In this document: in pieces, positions 25,968 to 34,753 of the stretch
How the letters are laid out: the number at the start of each line of letters is the position of its first letter
How positions within the stretch are numbered: the stretch's first letter is position 1
IMG/VR virus record: IMGVR_UViG_3300037297_000066
Span: 186,001 to 250,000 of that record
DNA: 64,000 bases
Direction: 5' to 3' (one strand)
The notes under the pieces: generated by a model
What the model was told of the DNA's origin: nothing
The model's database searches: none
Seen by the model: the letters and a program-made list of their open reading frames with translations, nothing else
Position numbers and translations under genes: made by a program

Positions 25968-26148
25968 CGATGGCCGTGACGCTCAGGTGACCGGTGGGAC
26001 GGTACAGGCGAATCACATCGACAACCCTCCATCGCCCTTGTGTGAAGAGGATCACCTCTCCAATGCGAGGGCTTTCGGGAACGTCGTTGAAGTTATTCAG
26101 GAGAGCTCCATGGGGGGCGTCCATTCGAAATTCTAGGTAGATGCTCAT
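25942..26148 (-). CDS. Small beta protein
   Basis: PRIGEVI..WRVVDV; similar to 46228. Confidence 0.7.
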   Translation of the reverse strand: MSIYLEFRMDAPHGALLNNFNDVPESPRIGEVILFTQGRWRVVDVIRLYRPTGHLSVTAIVKEEFPPD

Positions 26149-26801
26149 TTGAAGAGTTTTTCCTTGAGAGCCTGGATATCGTCGAGGCAGAGGTATCGCT
26201 GACCGTGGAATATAGCAGCTTCTCTATGGTCCTCGGGAAGACACAAAACGTAGTCGATGAAGTCTTTGAGTTGTTTCTTGGGCCGTTTTTCCTTTAGGCC
26301 GTCATCTTCAGTCATCAGAGGCAGCAGCTTGTCGATCTGGTCGAAAACGGGTTTCAGGTCTGGACGCAGGTAAGGAGCGAAGAAGTCTCTACATTGTTGT
26401 TTGACACTCTCTCCTTGGAGGTGGGTGAGGGCCCGTTCGATGATAGCGATGGCTTCTTCGCTGTACATCTTGGAGAGAACGTTTCGTTCAAAGAGACGGG
26501 CCTTGGCGTACTCGGATCTAGACAAAAGAGTGGCCAAGGTAATGGCCTTTTCCTCCCGATCCTCTTCGAGGATTTCTTCCTCGGTCCAGGGGCGAATGAT
26601 GACTTTGACTCGTTGACCGTAAAAGAAGGCTGCCTCCTCCAGTTCCTCTTCGTTCAGGTACATGACGAGGTTCGTGCCTCTGGACACGACCTGCAGTCTT
26701 CCGGCGGCCTTCCTACTGAGGGGGTGTTGGTTGTTCTCGTCCGTACCGATGCTCTTGACGGTGCAGAAATCTAGGGAGATGCCTTTGGTGATGTTTTCCA
26801 T
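26145..26801 (-). CDS. Hypothetical protein
   Basis: ATG 26801 just after the upstream stop. Confidence 0.75.
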   Translation of the reverse strand: MENITKGISLDFCTVKSIGTDENNQHPLSRKAAGRLQVVSRGTNLVMYLNEEELEEAAFFYGQRVKVIIRPWTEEEILEEDREEKAITLATLLSRSEYAKARLFERNVLSKMYSEEAIAIIERALTHLQGESVKQQCRDFFAPYLRPDLKPVFDQIDKLLPLMTEDDGLKEKRPKKQLKDFIDYVLCLPEDHREAAIFHGQRYLCLDDIQALKEKLFK

Positions 26802-26809
26802 GATGGGGG

Positions 26810-27037
26810 CTACTTTCTGCGGACTTGAGCTAAAGTGTCTCGCAGATCTTCGTAGAGTCCCCGTACTTCGGGACTCATTCTTGATCCTCGATTGATCAAA
26901 GCAATGACGGTTTCGGCCTGCAGGATCTCGGCTTGTCTTTGGGTCACCTTGAGGGTCACCTTGTAGACGGTTTGCCGACTGGCCTTGGTTTCGTACTCTC
27001 TGCCCACGGGTGCGGGGTCTGCGAAGTCTTTGCTCAT
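26810..27037 (-). CDS. Hypothetical protein
   Basis: Class-B start. Confidence 0.7.
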   Translation of the reverse strand: MSKDFADPAPVGREYETKASRQTVYKVTLKVTQRQAEILQAETVIALINRGSRMSPEVRGLYEDLRDTLAQVRRK

Positions 27038-27117
27038 ACGCCTCACCATACACCGGGGGGTTGGGTTGACGGCTTGGATTCTGAGTTTTTGGTGTATGGT
27101 GGAAGAAGCGAGGAACG

Positions 27118-27417
27118 ATGCCCAGAAAACCAGTAATCATCTATCGGGAGAGCCTCACGTTACCAGGATTGGTAGGCAATCCCCGATCGAACACTTTGCT
27201 CAAAGCCTTCAACGAGGCATGGGGTTTCCCAGGGGGCGCCTGCCACAAGATTGAGGGAGGCCAGTACGTTGACGCAAAGCCTTTCCCTGAGGGGTTTGAG
27301 GAAGCCCAGGCTCAACTCTACAGATCCGAGCTTGTCTACGTAGAGGTCTCGGTCTACAAAGACGGATCTCGAAAGCTCAAACTCGTGGGCTCTCCGGAGA
27401 GGGATCATGACCGCTAG
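27118..27417 (+). CDS. Hypothetical protein
   Basis: Class-B promoter with short SD leader. Confidence 0.7.
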   Translation: MPRKPVIIYRESLTLPGLVGNPRSNTLLKAFNEAWGFPGGACHKIEGGQYVDAKPFPEGFEEAQAQLYRSELVYVEVSVYKDGSRKLKLVGSPERDHDR

Positions 27418-27787
27418 CCTTCCAGAGACGCTGACTTGGCGGGGACAGACCCTGAAGGATCTCAAGGAAATGAACCCTCAGGTGGGGGTGGAATACGTGG
27501 GGTATGTAGAGAGCTCCAAGATCAGCGTTTATTCGTGGGAGCCGGAGCCGGGTCTGCAGAGGATTTGGTACGCTAACATAGGAGCCTCTGGAACCGCTTA
27601 CGAAGAAGGCGGATGGGAGGCTGCCTTGGAAGAGGCTCTTCGAAGGCACAAAAAAGTCATTGCCAGTCACGAGAAGTTCTTGCAGGAAGCCCGTTGGCTG
27701 CAGGAAGTGTTGGATCCTACTTTCGATCCAAACCCCCCTCCAGAGCTTCCCCCTTTGGCGCCCCCCAAGGACTCGGGAGAGCGTTAG
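27407..27787 (+). CDS. Hypothetical protein
   Basis: LPETLTWRG..EAALEEA. Confidence 0.75.
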   Translation: MTASLPETLTWRGQTLKDLKEMNPQVGVEYVGYVESSKISVYSWEPEPGLQRIWYANIGASGTAYEEGGWEAALEEALRRHKKVIASHEKFLQEARWLQEVLDPTFDPNPPPELPPLAPPKDSGER

Positions 27788-27824
27788 TTCAGGTTGCTGA
27801 AGTATGGGGCAGGCCCTTAGGCCG

Positions 27825-27853
27825 GGTTAAGATCCAGCTCTCTCAGGTGTAAT
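27825..27853 (+). promoter_or_regulatory. Class-A promoter 18
   Basis: Motif A, ATG after 6 nt. Confidence 0.8.
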
Positions 27854-27859
27854 GTAGGC

Positions 27860-28036
27860 ATGGCTAAGAGAAGCAAGAGGCTACCGCCTCACTCACGCCC
27901 TTGTTGTTCGGACCCCCGTCCCGAATACCACAGCAGTTGGAAGGACGAGACGGGTCTTTGTGCCAACTGTGGCCGGAGGTACAGTCCCGGTACGGTGGCC
28001 TACTGGAGGAAGTACCCTCAGGGGCACAAGCGTTAG
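27860..28036 (+). CDS. 58-aa Zn-ribbon protein (not in ORF track)
   Basis: PCCSDP..CANCGRRY; motif A start. Confidence 0.75.
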   Translation: MAKRSKRLPPHSRPCCSDPRPEYHSSWKDETGLCANCGRRYSPGTVAYWRKYPQGHKR

Positions 28037-28114
28037 TTCAGGTTCGGCCCTCAACCTAAAACAGCGGGTCCCCTATTTTAGGTTGCTCAAGTAGCGACCT
28101 GGTGTACAGTGGGG

Positions 28115-28417
28115 GTGAGCAGGGGCTTCTTTTCAGACCTAATTCGGGGTCGTCTCGTGCTAAACGAAGCCCCTGCCAAACCCTTCATGCTGAAGCTACT
28201 GGAGAAGACGGTTGAAGCCCTCACAGGGGAGCCTGTAGAGGTCCTCAGGGCTCGGAGCCTGGAGGAGGGTCGTAGGCTGGCGGAGCTACGGAACGGGGCT
28301 CCTATGCGATTCTCGGGGGATCCAGAGGGTGTCATCCTTACCCACGAGAGGGTTGAGGCTGATTTGGACCGAGCTCTGGACCAAGATCCGCGTTTTGTGG
28401 ATCTTGGTGTACGGTAG
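28115..28417 (+). CDS. Hypothetical protein
   Basis: GTG after GGTGTACAGT. Confidence 0.65.
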   Translation: MSRGFFSDLIRGRLVLNEAPAKPFMLKLLEKTVEALTGEPVEVLRARSLEEGRRLAELRNGAPMRFSGDPEGVILTHERVEADLDRALDQDPRFVDLGVR

Positions 28418-28421
28418 GGGA

Positions 28422-28539
28422 GGCAGGGCCCTAGGGCTTTGGCAATCGGCTCCCGGGCTCCAACCCCGGGGGCCTTCTTCCGGGGGTCCTGCCACTAAAC
28501 TCCCCCGGTGTGTTGAGGACCTATCAGGGGGAGATTTTT
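28422..28539 (+). ncRNA. Candidate sRNA: promoter, stem and terminator
   Basis: GGTGTACGGT places +1 on the first base of stem GGCAGGGCCCT/GGGGTCCTGCC; second hairpin then TTTTT. Confidence 0.6.
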
Positions 28540-28548
28540 CAAGGTTCG

Positions 28549-28577
28549 GGTTAAGATCCGGCTCCCTCACGTGTAGT
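28549..28577 (+). promoter_or_regulatory. Class-A promoter 19
   Basis: Motif A, ATG after 6 nt. Confidence 0.8.
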
Positions 28578-28583
28578 AGGTAC

Positions 28584-28736
28584 ATGACGCAATATCCCGA
28601 AGCAATTCCTGGTGAGAGCCGTTACGTTGACTTCGACGAGGAGACCCAGTGCTGGGGCATCTTTGGAGAGGACAGCGGACACTGCTACGAGTTGTACAGT
28701 GACAGGCAGGAGGCTCGGGACCGGCTGCAATCGTAG
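28584..28736 (+). CDS. 50-aa acidic protein
   Basis: Motif A start. Confidence 0.75.
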   Translation: MTQYPEAIPGESRYVDFDEETQCWGIFGEDSGHCYELYSDRQEARDRLQS

Positions 28737-28747
28737 GATCATGGGCC

Positions 28748-28789
28748 GAGGGGTCCTTCTGGCTTCTTCATTCCCCAGAGGGGCCCCTC
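28748..28789 (+). terminator. 15-bp hairpin after the gene
   Basis: GAGGGGTCCTTCTGG/CCAGAGGGGCCCCTC, loop CTTCTTCATTCC. Confidence 0.55.
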
Positions 28790-28816
28790 TCCCACCACCT
28801 CCAAGAAAGGGTACAA

Positions 28817-29176
28817 GTGGCGCGTAAACACTTGATGCGTGTGGTTTTGAAAGAAGCTGGGCCGGTGGATCTCTACGGAGAGAAAGAGCTGTCGGTCGCT
28901 GACTACAGCCAGCTGTCGCAGATCGCCAAGACTCTTCAGGACGGAGGAGTCCAGTTCAAGGTGAAGCTGACAGATCCGAACATGGAGGTGTGGGTGCCGT
29001 CAGCCCAACAGTTTGTCGAGGCTCTCAGCTTGGTTGGTGACCCGAAGGCGGTTCTGGCTCAGGTCCAGTCGGTTATAGAGGGGCCTGCTTGCTCTGGTAG
29101 CGGGCCCCAATGCCCGGAGATGATGAGTAGGTTGGGCCGGTACCGTAGGCAGCACAGAAGCAAGGCGGCCAAGTAG
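28817..29176 (+). CDS. Hypothetical protein
   Basis: 119 aa; purine-rich SD. Confidence 0.7.
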   Translation: MARKHLMRVVLKEAGPVDLYGEKELSVADYSQLSQIAKTLQDGGVQFKVKLTDPNMEVWVPSAQQFVEALSLVGDPKAVLAQVQSVIEGPACSGSGPQCPEMMSRLGRYRRQHRSKAAK

Positions 29177-29237
29177 ACAGGGCTGTCCCCTGATCCCCTC
29201 CAGCTTTAAGCTTCAACCTCCTAACTGGAACAGGTCC

Positions 29238-29597
29238 ATGGGCAAAACAAGGATAGACTATCACGGTGGGGCGTCGAAAGAGGTATCCACCAAGGTTTGG
29301 TACCTAGAGGATATCCCCGACACTACCTTTTACCGTCAGCTGGAAGAGAGGGTTCGTCCGTTGGTGTACGTCCTACGTCAGCACGGTATCAACACTGAGA
29401 GCTCCTGTCACCACAGGGGGTACATTCAAGTTGATGGGAGTGCGTTCTCAAACAACGTCCATTTTTCTAGGGAGCTGTACTTCGCAATGTACGAGGTTAA
29501 CTGCCTACCCTACAACGTTCGGTGTGAACGGTACGTGGATGAGACGGGCCACTTCCACGAGATTTGCCGTATCCAGAGCGAGTTGTTGAAGATTTGA
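29238..29597 (+). CDS. Hypothetical protein (RPLV..L..G..T.SSC motif)
   Basis: Recurrent phage motif. Confidence 0.7.
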   Translation: MGKTRIDYHGGASKEVSTKVWYLEDIPDTTFYRQLEERVRPLVYVLRQHGINTESSCHHRGYIQVDGSAFSNNVHFSRELYFAMYEVNCLPYNVRCERYVDETGHFHEICRIQSELLKI

Positions 29598-29632
29598 GGC
29601 TCGTGTTCCAACCTCTCGGTGTATGGTGGGGC

Positions 29633-30499
29633 ATGCAGATCCGACAACTGAGCTACGAAGAAGCCGTCGAACGTCACCCCGAGCAGGTGCAAGCCATCAT
29701 CACGAAGCTCCGCAAGAGCAGGAGCAAGTCGAAGGAAACAGCCCCCGAGGCCATGAAGTGGAGCTACGAGTGTTCCGTCACGATTGAGGGCTCTGGACGC
29801 CTTGATCAGGTCTTGGCGGCATCTCAACGTATAAAGAGCATGTCCACGGAGGAGCAGATTGCTGACGAAGTGCGCCGGACTCACACCGCACTTTCAGGAT
29901 CGGCTGGGAGATGGGGATGGTCTGAGAAGGTTCCCAACCCTCCTGAGGTAGAGGAGAGGGTCAGAGCTCATTTCCGGGAGCGTGAAGAAGATCAGAAGAA
30001 GATGGATCAGATGTCCCCTGAGGAGCGGGAAGAGAGCTTCCAGGCGACTTTGGGAGCCTTCTTTGGGGGAGGGGGTGTGGCCCTCACCATGGGAGGGGGT
30101 GGCCGGGCCCAACTTTCTCGAACCCCTGAGGAGTTCAACCAGGCTCAGCAAAGGGGGCCCGGGGTGGGGGCCTTGAATCCGGATTTCGATGGGGAACCGG
30201 AGACGCTCAACTTTTTCGGAGTCGAGCTGACGTTGAACCAGCAAGCCTACCCGCAGGTAGCTTTCTGGGAGGGAACGTTGGATACGGGACCAGCGAGTCA
30301 AATCCGTGTCAAGCTGGAAAAGTTCCCTGAAAATCCCCTCATTCCTCGATATGCTGTGCTAGTTTCCTTCAAAGGGAAAACCCCTGCTCAGGTCTTCCAC
30401 ATGACATCCACTGGGAACTCTTGGGAGGATCTGCAGGAGCGATTCCGAAGTCAGGCTCAAGAGATTTCTAGAACTCTCAAGGTTCTCTGCGGGGAGTAG
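29633..30499 (+). CDS. Hypothetical protein
   Basis: Class-B start; PETLNFFG segment similar to 33908. Confidence 0.8.
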   Translation: MQIRQLSYEEAVERHPEQVQAIITKLRKSRSKSKETAPEAMKWSYECSVTIEGSGRLDQVLAASQRIKSMSTEEQIADEVRRTHTALSGSAGRWGWSEKVPNPPEVEERVRAHFREREEDQKKMDQMSPEEREESFQATLGAFFGGGGVALTMGGGGRAQLSRTPEEFNQAQQRGPGVGALNPDFDGEPETLNFFGVELTLNQQAYPQVAFWEGTLDTGPASQIRVKLEKFPENPLIPRYAVLVSFKGKTPAQVFHMTSTGNSWEDLQERFRSQAQEISRTLKVLCGE

Positions 30500-30556
30500 G
30501 CCGAGGCTTCTCAACCTACGGACATTCTGGTTGTGGGTTCAGAGTCGGCATATACC

Positions 30557-30802
30557 TCAGAAGCTTAAGGCGCTGAAGGATCCCCGAAGCTTGAACTTGC
30601 TACTGGTGACAACGGGGTGGCCTTCGAAGATGTGAGGCACCTGGACTTGCACGGGTGCCTCGGGGACATTCGGTTTGAGGACGGCGAGCAGGGTGGTCTT
30701 GCCTTCGGTGTCTTGGACGAAGCCTGTGTGGTCGAGCCAAGGCTTTGGTCCGATTCGTTTTCGGAGTCTCCAAGCGGCCTGCAAAGCTTCGTGGGAGGTC
30801 AT
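30557..30802 (-). CDS. F.G.PV family protein
   Basis: Class-B start; PHIFEGHPV. Confidence 0.7.
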   Translation of the reverse strand: MTSHEALQAAWRLRKRIGPKPWLDHTGFVQDTEGKTTLLAVLKPNVPEAPVQVQVPHIFEGHPVVTSSKFKLRGSFSALSF

Positions 30803-30845
30803 GTTTGGACTATACACCAGGACCTCTTGCAGGTAGGGTAGACAA

Positions 30846-31028
30846 ATGGCGGGAGACGACTCCAAACAGCTTCAAGAGGCTATCGACCATTGTTTGGAGA
30901 AAGCCAAGGGTGGGAGCAAGTGTGCTCAAGATCACGCTCAGCTAGCCTACTGGCTCATCGAGCTTCGAGAATGCAGAAAGGTATCTGGGAATGGCAACCG
31001 GCGTAGGACTGATTCTTCAGGAACGTAA
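30846..31028 (+). CDS. Small phage protein
   Basis: EAIDHC..CAQDHAQLAYWLIEL. Confidence 0.7.
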   Translation: MAGDDSKQLQEAIDHCLEKAKGGSKCAQDHAQLAYWLIELRECRKVSGNGNRRRTDSSGT

Positions 31029-31332
31029 CCGTCAGATCGAAGAAGAGGGGTGGACGCCCGAGCATGACGATGAGCACACGGGGGGAGAGCTAGCTTTGGT
31101 AGCAGCTTTGTTTGCCTCTCCGATGGATCTGTTTCGTCGTTCCCGGTCAGGGTTAGGCTACAGTGACCCGTGGCCCGAAGACTGGGACCGTAGGTGGGAC
31201 AAGCGCACTACGGTCGTGGATACTTCGAGCAGAATCAAGGTACTCGTCAAAGCGGGAGCCTTGATCGCTGCAGAGATCGACCGGCTACAAAGAGAACTCA
31301 GGGCTGAGACGGAGGATTCCCAGCCTTCATGA
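30991..31332 (+). CDS. Conserved phage protein (EGWTPEHDD family)
   Basis: ERNRQIEEEGWTPEHDDEH..GELA..LVKAGALIAAEIDRL. Confidence 0.85.
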   Translation: MATGVGLILQERNRQIEEEGWTPEHDDEHTGGELALVAALFASPMDLFRRSRSGLGYSDPWPEDWDRRWDKRTTVVDTSSRIKVLVKAGALIAAEIDRLQRELRAETEDSQPS

Positions 31333-31525
31333 CGTGAGCCAGAAGGGGGATACCTTCAAACTCTGAGGGGAGTCCGTCAATGGTCTTCTGGTCCTTGACG
31401 AAGACTCGGATTCGGAACCCGTCTTGGTTCAATGACAGGTTCGAAGCCACGACTCCCAGGTTTGAGTCCTGTTGCTTCTGGAATCGGTACAGGGACTGCA
31501 ACTTCTCTGGGTACTGGTCGATCAC
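31298..31525 (-). CDS. F.G.PV family protein
   Basis: LPSEFEGIPL. Confidence 0.65.
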   Translation of the reverse strand: MIDQYPEKLQSLYRFQKQQDSNLGVVASNLSLNQDGFRIRVFVKDQKTIDGLPSEFEGIPLLAHVMKAGNPPSQP

Positions 31526-31535
31526 GGGGGCCCCT

Positions 31536-31731
31536 TCAGTGGGTGGTTGATTCTGGCTTTCCCAGGTCTACCCATTGAGAGATAGACCGCAAGACGCCCA
31601 TGACAGATCGGGCTCGGTAAGCTCGGGTTTGCATGGTATGGATGTCCCATATGGGAAGGTTGGCATTCTCCATGGCCTGGGTAGCGACCTGGATCAGGGA
31701 TTCCTTGGAGAGCTCGGGAGGAGCGGGCGCC
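31536..31731 (-). CDS. Hypothetical protein
   Basis: GAGGGAG SD before MAPAPP. Confidence 0.55.
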
Positions 31732-31767
31732 ATGGGTCTCCCTCGGGGATTGTAGGCCCGCACAGGT

Positions 31768-32034
31768 TCAGTCCTCTTCCCGGGATGTCAGGGGCATCCC
31801 CACGGCCTTCATGGAGGGGAGCAACTGTTTGGACGTCTGGGGACACCCACAGTGGGGGCAGTAGAAGATCCGGGGATCTGAGCGTGGGTGGTAGGTGAAA
31901 CTCTCGTGGCAGTTGTAGCACTGCACGTCTAGCTCACACACAGATCCTCTCATGCGTTGAAACACGGCGGTGATAGCTGTGGGATCGGCTTTAGGTTTGG
32001 GAGCGTTAGCGGTAGTCAATGTAAGACCCCTCAA
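31768..32034 (-). CDS. Zn-ribbon protein
   Basis: CYNC..CPHCG. Confidence 0.65.
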   Translation of the reverse strand: MRGLTLTTANAPKPKADPTAITAVFQRMRGSVCELDVQCYNCHESFTYHPRSDPRIFYCPHCGCPQTSKQLLPSMKAVGMPLTSREED

Positions 32035-32055
32035 GATGATAGTTGAGCTATTTCA

Positions 32056-32427
32056 CTATAACAGATGGTTCTTGCATCGGGCCCAACGCTCTAGCTCTCT
32101 TTGAGCTTCTTTCTCATGCTGTTCTAGTTTCCTGACGCACTGTCGATAGGCATCTTCGAGGGCTACGTGGGCGTCTCGGAAAACTCGGGTAGTGATGCCT
32201 CGGATAGAGGGTTCTTTGGGGTACTTTACCTCGGCTTCCCACCGAACAATGGGATTGTCTTTCGTGGGGTTGTTGCAGATGTGATTCTCAACATCCAAGC
32301 CATAGACCCGAAACCAGAGTCGAGCTGTTTTAGCGGACGTCAGGAAGCCTGGGTGAGGGCGGTAGACCTTCATTTTCCTCCACCATTGGGGGACTAGCAT
32401 GGAGGCTGTTTTTCTGGATTTTGCCAT
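32056..32427 (-). CDS. Coiled-tail family protein
   Basis: Paralogue of 24391. Confidence 0.75.
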   Translation of the reverse strand: MAKSRKTASMLVPQWWRKMKVYRPHPGFLTSAKTARLWFRVYGLDVENHICNNPTKDNPIVRWEAEVKYPKEPSIRGITTRVFRDAHVALEDAYRQCVRKLEQHEKEAQRELERWARCKNHLL

Positions 32428-32435
32428 GGGTATTC

Positions 32436-33020
32436 TCAGATGGTCATTAGACAGGGAAGGATACCTCTCAAGGCGGTTCGAACTGGCTCTAGTCGTTCTT
32501 CCAGGAGGGGGCCCGCTGCTTCTTCTAGTCGGTCGTAGATCCCGGGAGTGTGGGGTTGGCACTCGTAGTAGATCTTCTCGGTGTCTGGGTAGTCCTTGAT
32601 GAGGGGGTAAGTCCTTCCGAGTTGAATGGGGAGTCCCAGCTCATCCACTCTACACCACTGGAGAGAGGAAGTGACTACGTGAGAGTAATCGGGTGCTAGC
32701 ACCGGCCAATTCTCGAACCCATCATACCGAACGTAAGGTACCGGTTGAGGGAACGGGTTCGGGGCTTCTCGGATCTTGAAGCTCCGTTGCCGCCGGCCGT
32801 AGTTGCAGGCAATCCAACGGAGAACGGCATAGACGAAGACTTTGGGCGCTCCGTAGTAGTTGGAGTACTTGATGCCCAGGTGACGTTTGTTTAACCGCCA
32901 GAAGGGGCGTTCAGAATGTCCCAAGTAGCTAAGGTGCCGAGGGGTGTACTTGTCGAGAGTTTGATGGATTTGAGTAGCTTCTTGGGGGGATCGGAAGACG
33001 ACGGCTAGAGAAGCACCCAT
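32436..33020 (-). CDS. MGASL family protein
   Basis: Paralogue of 24759. Confidence 0.8.
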   Translation of the reverse strand: MGASLAVVFRSPQEATQIHQTLDKYTPRHLSYLGHSERPFWRLNKRHLGIKYSNYYGAPKVFVYAVLRWIACNYGRRQRSFKIREAPNPFPQPVPYVRYDGFENWPVLAPDYSHVVTSSLQWCRVDELGLPIQLGRTYPLIKDYPDTEKIYYECQPHTPGIYDRLEEAAGPLLEERLEPVRTALRGILPCLMTI

Positions 33021-33028
33021 GGCTCGCC

Positions 33029-33469
33029 TCAATTGGGTTTGGGGTCTCCTGCTACCATATCCTGGAGGTCGGACTCCATTTCCGGGTGAATGGCAGCGGC
33101 CGTAGCCATGGTTAAGAGTTTCCAAGGGCTGAGTTGTCTCCAACCTCCGGATTCTTTCATTTCCTGTAGGACTCCCCGAGGATCTTCAGTGATACGACGA
33201 GCGATCTCATCTCGTTGTTCGGTGGTAGTGATGTAGGGTCGCATGGGTTTCAAGGTTGACTTGGCGGCCATGAGTTGAAACCGAATCCAACAGTTTCCTA
33301 CGGTGAATCCCAACCACGAGTCGGAGGCGTTGGTGCCAGTGTGGTTCTTTTGCACCACCGGGCTTTCGAAACGGATAGCTGCGGTGCACACTGCTGTGAA
33401 GAAGGCGCAGATGTTGTTGAAGTCGAAGACTTCAAGGGACTGGGGGGAAGGTTTCTGGTCGGTCATCAT
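33029..33469 (-). CDS. Hypothetical protein
   Basis: AGGTGG SD; resembles 42114. Confidence 0.7.
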   Translation of the reverse strand: MMTDQKPSPQSLEVFDFNNICAFFTAVCTAAIRFESPVVQKNHTGTNASDSWLGFTVGNCWIRFQLMAAKSTLKPMRPYITTTEQRDEIARRITEDPRGVLQEMKESGGWRQLSPWKLLTMATAAAIHPEMESDLQDMVAGDPKPN

Positions 33470-33659
33470 ACCACCTGTATCTGAAGTAGAGTTTCCAAAC
33501 GAGTCGGTAAAGAGAACGTTGGGTGCCTTCGTGGAACTGCCAGCAGCGCCGGTCCATCCAGTCAAGAACACGCAACGCCCCAGCTTTGATGAAGTAGGAG
33601 GGGGGCCGGTTAGCCCTTCGGGTATTGTGTTCGAGAGGCTCCCAAACCCACCCGCTCAT
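33432..33659 (-). CDS. Hypothetical protein
   Basis: TAATG coupling. Confidence 0.55.
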   Translation of the reverse strand: MSGWVWEPLEHNTRRANRPPSYFIKAGALRVLDWMDRRCWQFHEGTQRSLYRLVWKLYFRYRWYDDRPETFPPVP

Positions 33660-33847
33660 TAGTCCCCCTGAAGGCTGTTGTTGAGAGAGTTGTTGATGCT
33701 CCACTCACCGTACGAAGCGGCGCAACTAATGACCACGCTGAAAATGAAGATACAGACGGAGATGACGGTCGCCCCAACCTTCATGATCTTTCGTCTTCGC
33801 CGGCCGCCTTCCAGAAGCTTCTGTTCCAAATCGCCAAGGTCTGTCAT
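33659..33847 (-). CDS. Small membrane protein
   Basis: Class-B start; single TM. Confidence 0.7.
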   Translation of the reverse strand: MTDLGDLEQKLLEGGRRRRKIMKVGATVISVCIFIFSVVISCAASYGEWSINNSLNNSLQGD

Positions 33848-33907
33848 GCCAGAGACTATACACCAGAAAGAAGCTCTTCAATCCCGAACTTTGGTGTATC
33901 ATGAACT

Positions 33908-34447
33908 ATGCCTGAGCTTCCTGAAAAACTGTCGTTCTTTGGTCACGATCTTCTGAAAAAGACCCTCTACCCAGCAGAGGACGGGTACACCATTTGGGAA
34001 GGGGAGTTCGTACTCGCTGGCAGCAAATGGCGAGTGAAAGCTCACTGGATGCCAGAGAACCGGCGAACCTTAGGTCACACGAAGCCGTGGTATATGGACG
34101 TTTCTTTTGAGGGAGGGAGCTCGATGGGTTCCGGGGACACCTGGGAAGAAGCCCAGGCTGACTTCTGGAATCGGGTGAAGCCGACACGGGATACTCTCGA
34201 TGCTCTCAAGTACCCCCCTGAGAGGTATTCGGACTACTTGGAAACAGGTCTTCGCTACATCCTTTCCACAGCCATAATCGAACCCATGCATTCCAAAGAT
34301 CGGGCGACGGCGGCTTATGCTGCGGTGATGCTCCAGAAGCTTGGGTACGAGGTGGAGGAGAGCATCCTTCAGGAGCTCGGATCCAAGGGAGGGACGGACC
34401 TTGACCAACTGGCCGAAGTCCGGGATCAGATGGGGCAATTCGAGTAA
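33908..34447 (+). CDS. Hypothetical protein
   Basis: Class-B start (TATCAT). Confidence 0.8.
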   Translation: MPELPEKLSFFGHDLLKKTLYPAEDGYTIWEGEFVLAGSKWRVKAHWMPENRRTLGHTKPWYMDVSFEGGSSMGSGDTWEEAQADFWNRVKPTRDTLDALKYPPERYSDYLETGLRYILSTAIIEPMHSKDRATAAYAAVMLQKLGYEVEESILQELGSKGGTDLDQLAEVRDQMGQFE

Positions 34448-34501
34448 TCCCGAGTTCACAGGGAGATTCCGATCCCACTCGAACTGGTGTATGGTGGGGG
34501 C

Positions 34502-34753
34502 ATGCGGTTCGACGAACAGGTACGTGTCAGCAGAGAAACAGCCCAAACCGTGTGTTCGGCCGAAAACCTAGTTGGGGGAGTCCGAGCAACGGCTGAGTGC
34601 AAAGGTCTAGGGTGGCTTTGCTACTCTGCCGAGGGCCGGCACTACATCGCCATGTATCTGGAAGGGGAGAGTGTCGATCTGGACAGCGTCTTCGAGGCGG
34701 ATAAGGACGACATTCTGCTCTACAGCATTGATCCCAAAGAGGTTTTTCAGTGA
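34502..34753 (+). CDS. Hypothetical protein
   Basis: Class-B start. Confidence 0.75.
   Translation: MRFDEQVRVSRETAQTVCSAENLVGGVRATAECKGLGWLCYSAEGRHYIAMYLEGESVDLDSVFEADKDDILLYSIDPKEVFQ

Larger units (their letters stand above)
27780..28044 (+). repeat. 16-bp direct repeat AGCGTTAGTTCAGGTT flanking a promoter+gene cassette
   Basis: Copies at 27780-27795 and 28029-28044. Confidence 0.75.
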
